Shown here in pieces: positions 36,223 to 43,663 of a stretch of DNA of 43,663 bases (the stretch's first letter is position 1; the number at the start of each line of letters is the position of its first letter). The stretch comes from Vectrevirus T205P5. Below the pieces are notes generated by a model that was not told the origin of the DNA, did not search any database, and saw nothing but the letters and a program-made list of their open reading frames with translations. A program made the translations under genes and the position numbers. The stretch is taken from the sequence record OZ035792.1, one strand, 5' to 3'.

Positions 36223-39170
36223 TGGCAATTGAGCGACAAGCAGTACAAGGTCTGCCACAAGTGCAGGCCACTTCTCCTAATGTCATGACCTTTGCACCTC
36301 AGCAAGTTGGAGGTGTGGAGGCTGGCGTAGCTTCTACCTCCGGTAGTCGATTTATCGAAGACCTTATTCGAGCAGCCAGTAGTGTAGCTGATGTAACCAC
36401 TGGTATCCTTAATCAAAAGATTGAGGAAGATAAGGTTGTTCAAATGGAACGGGCATATAACGGATTAATGCCCTCTGAGGATGCAACTCGTGGTGGCGCT
36501 CGTGCTAACATGCTTGTCAAAGCTCAACTGCTAGCTAATGATGAAGCAGCACGAATGAAAGACATGGCTACTCGTTTCCAAGGAACGGATGACGAGTGGA
36601 CACAACTTATGGTTGACTCTCGTAATGAGATGCAGAATAAGCTGTTCCAGCAATACCCTGAGTTGCAAGGTGACAAAGATACCATGCGTATGGTCACTAA
36701 TGTCTTCCAAGAACAGCAGCCTCAGATTTGGGCTACACGAACCCAGCATAAACTTGACCGTGAACAAGCAGACCGTGAGGATACCTTTGACGGGCGAGTG
36801 GCTTCTACTTGGGATTCTAATATTGACCCTGAAGCCTCTGGCTATGCTTTACAGGAACGAATCCGCGAAGGTCTTACTCAAGGATTACTACCTGAACAGA
36901 TGCACAAGAAGTTAGTCCAGCGAGCAATTTCACTTGCACAAGGCGGTGATGTTAGCATGGCTGAAGCCTTGAAGTATGTGAAGGACGATAAGGGTGTTTC
37001 TGTTTATGCTAAGAATCCACAGCTTATCACAGCCATCACTAGTGGTAATGCAGTTTGGGCTAGGAATAATGTAGCTGATGTAACTCGTATGTCTTTCGAA
37101 GTTAAAGAATCATACCTTGCAGGTGATTTAACTGATGAAGAATTGTTGGAACGAGCACAGCACATTAATAATCTGACAGGTAATTCTGTCTTCTCTAACC
37201 CAGAACTAGAGGCACTGATGCGCCAACGAGCTAAGCAGAATGCAGAGCTAGGTGCAATGCAGGATATGCGCCGTGAGCTTTACTCCGACCGCCTGACTGG
37301 CTTCCAAGGTAAGACTGATAAAGAGAAGAAGGCTTACATTGATGTTATCAAACAAGATAGCCAACTTTATGCAGACCAGCAAATCAAACAACGTGGCTTG
37401 GACCCTTACAGTCAAGAGGCTGAAGCTATTCGTGGTGCAGTGGAAGTGCAGCGCCTGCAATTCATGAACTCCAAAGGCTTAGTGGATGATACCTTTGAGT
37501 CTCGTATCAAAGCCATGGAATCTATGCTATCGCCTGAGCACTTTGCCAAGGGCGAACCACAGGAGTTGATGACTATTCGCCAGTTGTGGGAACAGTTGCC
37601 AGAAGAGAGCCGAGGTGTCTTTGGTGACACGGTGAATGGCTACATGGATAACTACAACACTGCACTACAAATGGGAGAGACACCTTTGCAGGCTGCAAGG
37701 TTTGCGCGTGAAGCACAGCAGAAATTCTCTCGTACTGAGAAGGAAACCAAGAAGTTCAACTCAGCTATTGGAGATGCACTGGATGAGGTATCTGGTGCTG
37801 GCTGGTTTGATGGTAAAACCGAAGTGTCAGACTTAGGTAAAGCTATTGCGGAAGAAGAGTTACGAGCTAAGGCCAATATGTTGTGGTCTAGTGGTATGCG
37901 TAACATGGATTCTATCAAGAAGGCTTTAATTACTTGGGGCAATAAACGCTACACTCAAACAGAGGATGCAAAGACTTCCGGTGGCTATTTCATTAAAGGT
38001 GATTACACTTCTGCATCTGATATGCTTATGTCAGTTGGGAAAGGCGTAAACCCTACCGATGTACCTCTGGCGCTTGGTAGGTATGTAGAAACACAGATGC
38101 CAGAATTGAAGAAGGAGCTTCAAGAGTGGGAAACTAAAGATGATATATACATTGATTACAATGAACAGAAAGGTACTTTCGTGATTCGTGCTGGTGCAGC
38201 AGGTCGCCCTCTTTCTGGAGTAATCCCTGTAACCTCTTTAGATACCACTTCACTACTAGATTCTGCCTATCAGAAGAAAGTAGAGGAACGAGATAAAGGC
38301 GAGTATGTTCACCCTTATCGTACAGATATTGGTGCACAAGAGCCTATGCCAGCTAAACCAACTGCCAAAGATATTGGTAAATTTGGACTAGCTAACTTCC
38401 TCATGTCTTCTGCTTTTGCTTCTGGTGAGAATCTGCCTTCTAACTTCGAGATTAACTATCGAGGTAATATGCAACAATTCTATGACAAGCTAGCTATGGA
38501 TGAGAATAAAGATAAAGTTGGCTTTAATAAGGCAACTGGAACCTTTACTCCATATAAAGATGCTCACGGTGAGTCTATCGGTTACGGTCATTTCTTAACG
38601 GAAGAAGAGAAGCGAAACGGGTATATTAAGATTGGTGATGAACTAGTTCCCTATCGAGGGTCTATGTCTCAGCTTACAGAGAGCAAGGCTCGCGCTCTTA
38701 TGGAGCAAGATGCCAAGAAGCATGTGCCTCCTACTCGTGACTGGAAGATTCCGTTTGACCAGATGCATCCTGCACAGCAACGTGGCTTGATGGATTTAAC
38801 CTACAATTTAGGTAAAGGTGGAATCCAGAACTCACCGCGTGCTCTTGCTGCATTCAAAGCTGGTAAGCTTACGGAAGGCTTTATCGAAATGCTGGGCACT
38901 GCATCAAGTGAAGGTAAGCGTATCCCTGGTCTACTGAAGCGACGCGCTGAGGCATACAATATGGCATCTGCTGGTGGTGTGCCTAAGATTACCGAAGTGG
39001 AGACTCGTGAAGATGGCTCCATGTGGGTTAGGTTTGGTGGACCTATGCCAGCAGGTTCTGTCTCGGCATGGATTCATAAACGTATTGGTGCGGATGGTTG
39101 GTATCAGGTTTATGAGGCTGCACCTACCAAGTTAGCTAAAGGTTCTAAGGTAGGTAAATTTAAGTTGTAG
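36222..39170 (+). CDS. Internal virion protein with C-terminal lysozyme-like (GH24-type) peptidoglycan hydrolase domain
   Basis: 982 aa; the C-terminal region contains YKDAHGESIGYGH, resembling the T4 lysozyme motif YKDTEGYYTIGIGH. Confidence 0.7.
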   Translation: MAIERQAVQGLPQVQATSPNVMTFAPQQVGGVEAGVASTSGSRFIEDLIRAASSVADVTTGILNQKIEEDKVVQMERAYNGLMPSEDATRGGARANMLVKAQLLANDEAARMKDMATRFQGTDDEWTQLMVDSRNEMQNKLFQQYPELQGDKDTMRMVTNVFQEQQPQIWATRTQHKLDREQADREDTFDGRVASTWDSNIDPEASGYALQERIREGLTQGLLPEQMHKKLVQRAISLAQGGDVSMAEALKYVKDDKGVSVYAKNPQLITAITSGNAVWARNNVADVTRMSFEVKESYLAGDLTDEELLERAQHINNLTGNSVFSNPELEALMRQRAKQNAELGAMQDMRRELYSDRLTGFQGKTDKEKKAYIDVIKQDSQLYADQQIKQRGLDPYSQEAEAIRGAVEVQRLQFMNSKGLVDDTFESRIKAMESMLSPEHFAKGEPQELMTIRQLWEQLPEESRGVFGDTVNGYMDNYNTALQMGETPLQAARFAREAQQKFSRTEKETKKFNSAIGDALDEVSGAGWFDGKTEVSDLGKAIAEEELRAKANMLWSSGMRNMDSIKKALITWGNKRYTQTEDAKTSGGYFIKGDYTSASDMLMSVGKGVNPTDVPLALGRYVETQMPELKKELQEWETKDDIYIDYNEQKGTFVIRAGAAGRPLSGVIPVTSLDTTSLLDSAYQKKVEERDKGEYVHPYRTDIGAQEPMPAKPTAKDIGKFGLANFLMSSAFASGENLPSNFEINYRGNMQQFYDKLAMDENKDKVGFNKATGTFTPYKDAHGESIGYGHFLTEEEKRNGYIKIGDELVPYRGSMSQLTESKARALMEQDAKKHVPPTRDWKIPFDQMHPAQQRGLMDLTYNLGKGGIQNSPRALAAFKAGKLTEGFIEMLGTASSEGKRIPGLLKRRAEAYNMASAGGVPKITEVETREDGSMWVRFGGPMPAGSVSAWIHKRIGADGWYQVYEAAPTKLAKGSKVGKFKL

Positions 39171-39187
39171 TATCTAACTCAAGGCTT

Positions 39188-39203
39188 GTCTCACATGTGA
39201 GAC
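39188..39203 (+). repeat. Conserved palindrome GTCTCAC-AT-GTGAGAC, copy 6 of 6 (extended stem 39182-39208)
   Basis: Exact arms; between the two large internal virion protein genes. Confidence 0.8.
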
Positions 39204-39234
39204 AGGTCTTTATGATAGGCACTATGGAGGAATT

Positions 39235-42200
39235 ATGGAACAAGACATTAAGACTAATTGGGCTGGATATGTCCAGTCTACTCCTGAGCCGTTTTCTATT
39301 GAGGCGGCTCCGGTATCGGCTCCTACGATACGCCAGCGTAATGAGTTACAAGAGCAAGTTCTTGAAGCTAAAGCTGATGCTGATATCTTAGGTGCTGTAG
39401 GTGCTGCCTTCCAGAATGAGTGGTTGGCATTCGGAGGCAAGCGGTGGTATGACCGTGCCACTGCTGATTTCACACCTCAACCAGACTTCGAGATACAACC
39501 TGAGCAACGTGAAGCACTACGTTTCAAATATGGTACAGATATGATGCAGACAATCACTGAGGGTGTTCGTTCTGAGGATGAATTGAACTTCCGTATTCAG
39601 AATGCTGATGAAGACCTTGAGCGCAATAAGCGCATTGCTCAGGCTGGCTGGGTTGGCTCTGTGGCGACGATTGGCGCTGCTGTGCTTGACCCTGTGGGAT
39701 GGGTTGCCTCTATTCCAACCGGTGGTGCCGCTAAAGTTGGACTCGTAGGCCGTGCTGTGCGTGGCGCTATCGCCGCTGGCGTAAGTAATGCCGCTATTGA
39801 ATCCGTATTGGTCCAAGGTGACATGACTCGTGATTTAGATGACATTATGGTAGCACTAGGCTCCGGTATGGCTATGGGTGGCGTTATTGGAGCTGTAGCG
39901 CGTGGTAGGGCCACTAAGCTCAGTGAGCAAGGAGATGACAGGGCTGCGAGCATTGTGCGCAGTGCAGACGCAGGGGACCGCTATGTGCGTGCTGTTGCTG
40001 ATGATAGTATCGGTGCGATGCGTGTTAAGGGTGAAGAGGTACTCACTGAGGGTGCATTTGATATCTCTAGCAAAGGTGAAGATTTGCTGAAAACCCTACA
40101 GCGGGAAGGTAATGCAATTGATATGACCCCTCGCCGCTGGGCCGGAACTCTGTCTGCCCTTGGTACTGTCGTACATTCCTCTCAGGATGCAAGTGTACGC
40201 GGCCTTGGTGCTCGCCTGTTTGAGTCCCCCCAAGGCTTAGGTATGCAGAAGGCATCTGCTAGTCTCATGCAGAATACTAACTTGAACCGTCTGAAATCTG
40301 CTGATATGAATCGTTTCAACGATGGGTTCGATTTATGGCTCAAAGAGAATAATATCAATCCGGTTGCAGGTCATACTAACTCTCACTATGTGCAGCAATA
40401 TAATGAGAAGGTATGGGAAGCTGTACGCATCGGTATGGATGAGTCTACGCCTAAGTCTATCCGTATGGCAGCAGAGGGGCAGCAAGCTATGTATCGTGAA
40501 GCATTAGCATTACGTCAACGCTCTGGTGAATCTGGGTTTGAAAAGGTTAAAGCAGATGATAAGTACATGCCTGATATTTTTGACAGTATGAAGGCTCGTC
40601 GTCAATTCAGTATGCACGATAAAGAGGACATCATTGAGTTATTCTCTCGTGCATACCAGAATGGTTCTCGTAAGGTTCCAAAGGAAGTGGCTGATGATAT
40701 TGCACGAGCACAAGTAAACCGCGTTGCTGATGCCACCTTGACCGGACAGCTTAGCTTTGAAAAGGCTATGTCTGGTCAAACCAAAGCAGAATATGAAGCA
40801 CTAATGCGCAAAGCAGGCTTTAGTGATGAAGAGATTGAAAAGATGGTAGAAGCTCTGGATAATAAAGAAACCAGAGATAATATCTCTAACCGAGCTAAGA
40901 TGAGTTTAGGCTTAGATGTTACTCAAGAGTACAATGGCATTCGTATGCGTGACTTTATGAACACTAACGTGGAAGAGTTAACAGATAACTACATGAAGGA
41001 AGCGGCAGGTGGTGCTGCCTTGGCTCGTCAAGGTTTCTCTACCTATCAGGCTGCACTTAATGCAATTGATCTTGTAGAGCGAAATGCACGAAATGCAGCT
41101 AAAGATACAAAAGCACACGCACAATTTGAAGCGGAGTCGGCTAAGATCCGTCAATCAGAGCCTGATTACAAGAAGGCACAAGAGAAGATTGAAGAGTTAA
41201 AGAAGCGACTTAAATTGAAAGAGAAAGATGAAGCAGCTGGTCTGGCTATTGATGAAGAAATCCGTCAGATGCGAGAAGGGCTTCGCTTGATTATGGGTAA
41301 ATCTATTGATTCAAACCCACAAGATTTGTCTACTAAAATGCTGCGTCGTGGGCGTGACATTACAGGTGTACTTCGCTTAGGTCAGATGGGCTTCGCACAG
41401 CTAGGTGAACTTGCTAACTTCATGGGTGAGTTTGGTATTGCTGCCACCACTATGGCTTTAGGTAAGCAATTCCGCTTCACCTCTAAGGCGTTGCGTAATG
41501 GCGATGGCTTCTTTCGAGATAAGAATTTAGCTGAGGTTGAGCGAATGGTAGGTTACATCGGTGAGGATAACTGGCTGACAACTAAGGGTGCGCGTCCCGA
41601 TGAGTTTGGTGATGTAACCACAGTGCGAGGTATGATGGCCCATTTTGACCAGTCCATGAACTCTATACGACGTGCTCAGACAAACCTATCCCTCTTCCGC
41701 ATGGCACAGGGTTCTCTGGAGCGAATGACCAATAGGCAAATAGCTTTGTCTTTCATTGACCACCTTGAAGGCAAGAAGATTATTCCTCAGAAGAAACTGG
41801 AGGAACTTGGTCTTACTCAGGAGTTCATGACTAACCTACAGAAGCACTATGATGCTAACTCTAAAGGTTCTGGCTTGCTTGGCTTTGATACAATGCCTTA
41901 TGCCATGGGTGAAACTTTAGCTAATGCTATTCGTCGTAAGTCAGGTCTAATTATCCAACGTAACTTCATTGGTGATGAAGGTATCTGGATGAACAAAGCA
42001 CTAGGTAAGACATTTGCACAGCTTAAGTCATTCTCTCTTGTATCTGGTGAGAAGCAATTTGGTCGAGGGATTCGCCACGATAAAATTGGTCTTGCTAAGA
42101 AGACAGCTTATGGTTTTGCTTTGGGTTCAATAGTGTATGCGGCAAAAGCCTATGTGAACTCTATTGGTCGAGAAGACCAAGATGAATATTTGGAAGAGAA

Positions 42201-42543
42201 GTTATCGCCTAAAGGGTTGGCCTTTGGTGCAATGGGTATGATGAGTACAACTGCTGTATTTAGTCTAGGTGGAGATTTCTTAGGTGGCCTAGGTGTTCTA
42301 CCTTCTGAGTTAGTACAATCCCGTTATGAGGCTGGCTTTCAGACTAAGGGTTTGATAGACCAAATACCACTAGTAGGTGTTGGTCAAGATGCATATCGTT
42401 TAGCAGATTCTATAACTAAATACGCAGAGGGTGATACAGAAGGTGTAGATGTGGCACGTAGGGCTTTACGCTTAGTGCCTCTAGCTAATGTAATAGGAAT
42501 CCAGAACGCATTGCGTTATGGCTTAGATGAACTGGAGGATTAA
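39235..42543 (+). CDS. Large internal virion (core) protein, gp16-like
   Basis: 1102 aa; GGAGG RBS; final and largest gene of the internal virion protein block. Confidence 0.75.
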   Translation: MEQDIKTNWAGYVQSTPEPFSIEAAPVSAPTIRQRNELQEQVLEAKADADILGAVGAAFQNEWLAFGGKRWYDRATADFTPQPDFEIQPEQREALRFKYGTDMMQTITEGVRSEDELNFRIQNADEDLERNKRIAQAGWVGSVATIGAAVLDPVGWVASIPTGGAAKVGLVGRAVRGAIAAGVSNAAIESVLVQGDMTRDLDDIMVALGSGMAMGGVIGAVARGRATKLSEQGDDRAASIVRSADAGDRYVRAVADDSIGAMRVKGEEVLTEGAFDISSKGEDLLKTLQREGNAIDMTPRRWAGTLSALGTVVHSSQDASVRGLGARLFESPQGLGMQKASASLMQNTNLNRLKSADMNRFNDGFDLWLKENNINPVAGHTNSHYVQQYNEKVWEAVRIGMDESTPKSIRMAAEGQQAMYREALALRQRSGESGFEKVKADDKYMPDIFDSMKARRQFSMHDKEDIIELFSRAYQNGSRKVPKEVADDIARAQVNRVADATLTGQLSFEKAMSGQTKAEYEALMRKAGFSDEEIEKMVEALDNKETRDNISNRAKMSLGLDVTQEYNGIRMRDFMNTNVEELTDNYMKEAAGGAALARQGFSTYQAALNAIDLVERNARNAAKDTKAHAQFEAESAKIRQSEPDYKKAQEKIEELKKRLKLKEKDEAAGLAIDEEIRQMREGLRLIMGKSIDSNPQDLSTKMLRRGRDITGVLRLGQMGFAQLGELANFMGEFGIAATTMALGKQFRFTSKALRNGDGFFRDKNLAEVERMVGYIGEDNWLTTKGARPDEFGDVTTVRGMMAHFDQSMNSIRRAQTNLSLFRMAQGSLERMTNRQIALSFIDHLEGKKIIPQKKLEELGLTQEFMTNLQKHYDANSKGSGLLGFDTMPYAMGETLANAIRRKSGLIIQRNFIGDEGIWMNKALGKTFAQLKSFSLVSGEKQFGRGIRHDKIGLAKKTAYGFALGSIVYAAKAYVNSIGREDQDEYLEEKLSPKGLAFGAMGMMSTTAVFSLGGDFLGGLGVLPSELVQSRYEAGFQTKGLIDQIPLVGVGQDAYRLADSITKYAEGDTEGVDVARRALRLVPLANVIGIQNALRYGLDELED

Positions 42544-43505
42544 TGAGTTATACTTTCACAGAACATATAGCCAACGGTACGCAAGTAACCTATCCCTTTA
42601 GCTTTGCTGGTAGGGATAAAGGTTATCTTCGTGCCTCAGATGTGATAGTGGAGTCTCTTCAAGGTAACACTTGGATTGAGGTTACATCTGGCTGGCAACT
42701 AACTGGCACGCACCAGATTACTTTTGATGTAGCACCAGTTGCAGGTTTGAAGTTCCGTATTAGAAGGGAAGTACAAAAGGAGTATCCATACGCTGAGTTT
42801 GACCGTGGTGTTACCTTGGATATGAAGTCTTTAAATGGTTCTTTCATTCATATACTGGAGATTACACAGGAGTTACTTGACGGGTTTTATCCAGAAGGAT
42901 ACTTCATTAAACAGAATGTAAGCTGGGGCGGCAATAAGATTACTGATTTGGCTGATGGCACAAATCCGGGAGATGCAGTAAATAAAGGGCAGCTTGATGC
43001 CATCGACAAGAAGCATACAGATTGGAACGCCAAACAGGACATTGAGATTGCTGGCCTTAAGGCTGGTATGACTTCTGGTATTGCGCACAGAACTGTTCCT
43101 TGGTACACGATAGCCCAAGGTGGTGAGATTTCCGTAAAACCACCTTATGAATTTCAAGATGCACTAGTTTTCCTTAATGGGGTGTTGCAGCACCAAATTG
43201 TAGGCGCATACTCTATAAGCAACAACACTATCACTTTCGCAGAGCCGCTTGTGGCTGGTACAGAGGTGTATGTGCTGATTGGTAGTCGTGTGGCTACATC
43301 TGAACCTAATATTCAGTTAGAGTTGAACTTTGACTTAGTAGAAGGCCAACAAGTAGTACAGATTGGCTCTGCATTTAAGTACATTGAGGTCTACCTTGAT
43401 GGATTATTACAACCTAAACTTGCTTATCAGGTAGACGGTGACATTGTTACTTTCTCAGAGGGAGTGCCAGAATGCCGGATGACTGCTAAGATTATCACAG
43501 CATAA
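42543..43505 (+). CDS. Tail-fibre adaptor protein (T7 gp17 N-terminal domain-like), anchor for the tailspikes
   Basis: 320 aa resembling the N-terminal tail-attachment domain of T7 gp17, with no distal receptor-binding part; the two tailspikes encoded at 3997-7639 lack this domain. Confidence 0.7.
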   Translation: MSYTFTEHIANGTQVTYPFSFAGRDKGYLRASDVIVESLQGNTWIEVTSGWQLTGTHQITFDVAPVAGLKFRIRREVQKEYPYAEFDRGVTLDMKSLNGSFIHILEITQELLDGFYPEGYFIKQNVSWGGNKITDLADGTNPGDAVNKGQLDAIDKKHTDWNAKQDIEIAGLKAGMTSGIAHRTVPWYTIAQGGEISVKPPYEFQDALVFLNGVLQHQIVGAYSISNNTITFAEPLVAGTEVYVLIGSRVATSEPNIQLELNFDLVEGQQVVQIGSAFKYIEVYLDGLLQPKLAYQVDGDIVTFSEGVPECRMTAKIITA

Positions 43506-43514
43506 GGAGGTAGG

Positions 43515-43663
43515 ATGATTAACTCCGAACTGGTAGATAGTGGTGTGAAGCTTGCGCCACCTGCACTCGTATCAGGTGGGTACTTCCTCGGTATCAGTTG
43601 GGATAATTGGGTGTTAATAGCAACATTCATTTATACCGTGTTGCAAATTGGGGACTGGTTTTA
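43515..43663 (+). CDS. Class II holin (T7 gp17.5-like), 3'-truncated at the window end
   Basis: AGGAGG RBS; LVSGGYFLGISWDNWVLIATFIYTVLQIG resembles T7 gp17.5; the frame continues into positions 1-46 if the window is circularly joined. Confidence 0.6.
   Translation, partial: MINSELVDSGVKLAPPALVSGGYFLGISWDNWVLIATFIYTVLQIGDWF

Noticed and set aside
1-43663. Canonical T7 promoters (TAATACGACTCACTATAGGGAGA)
   Set aside because: No occurrence; all phage promoters carry the SP6-type core GACACTATAGAAG, so the phage is SP6-like rather than T7 proper.
1-43663. Integrase, repressor or attachment site (temperate lifestyle)
   Set aside because: None found; the gene content is that of a strictly lytic T7-supergroup phage.

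Overview
The window reads as a complete, circularly permuted genome (about 43.7 kb) of a strictly lytic SP6-like podophage (T7 supergroup, Autographiviridae), with every supported gene on the + strand. All calls are from reading the sequence and ORF track and comparing motifs from memory; no database search was run. The order is: holin tail and terminase small and large subunits (1-2227); a right-end module with two paralogous small proteins, an M15-peptidase endolysin, nested spanins and two beta-helix tailspikes (2383-7639); a non-coding terminal-repeat-like region with a CTTAGT(G) repeat array (about 7990-8760); early genes including an Ocr DNA mimic and the single-subunit RNA polymerase (8808-13914); a replication and nucleotide-metabolism module (gp1.1-like, primase-helicase, family A DNA polymerase, a CCA-type nucleotidyltransferase head domain, exonuclease, endonuclease VII, metallophosphoesterase, ATP-dependent ligase, GNAT acetyltransferase; 14240-28327); then the structural module (portal, scaffold, capsid, tail tube A and B, three internal virion proteins, tail-fibre adaptor) and a holin that runs off the window end (28337-43663). 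Fourteen SP6-type phage promoters (ATTTACYGGACACTATAGAAG and variants) are distributed through the genome, several inside coding sequence. The features most worth follow-up are a six-copy palindrome GTCTCAC-NN-GTGAGAC, a candidate replication origin after the RNAP gene, the phage-encoded CCA-type nucleotidyltransferase, and the GNAT acetyltransferase coupled to the structural operon.
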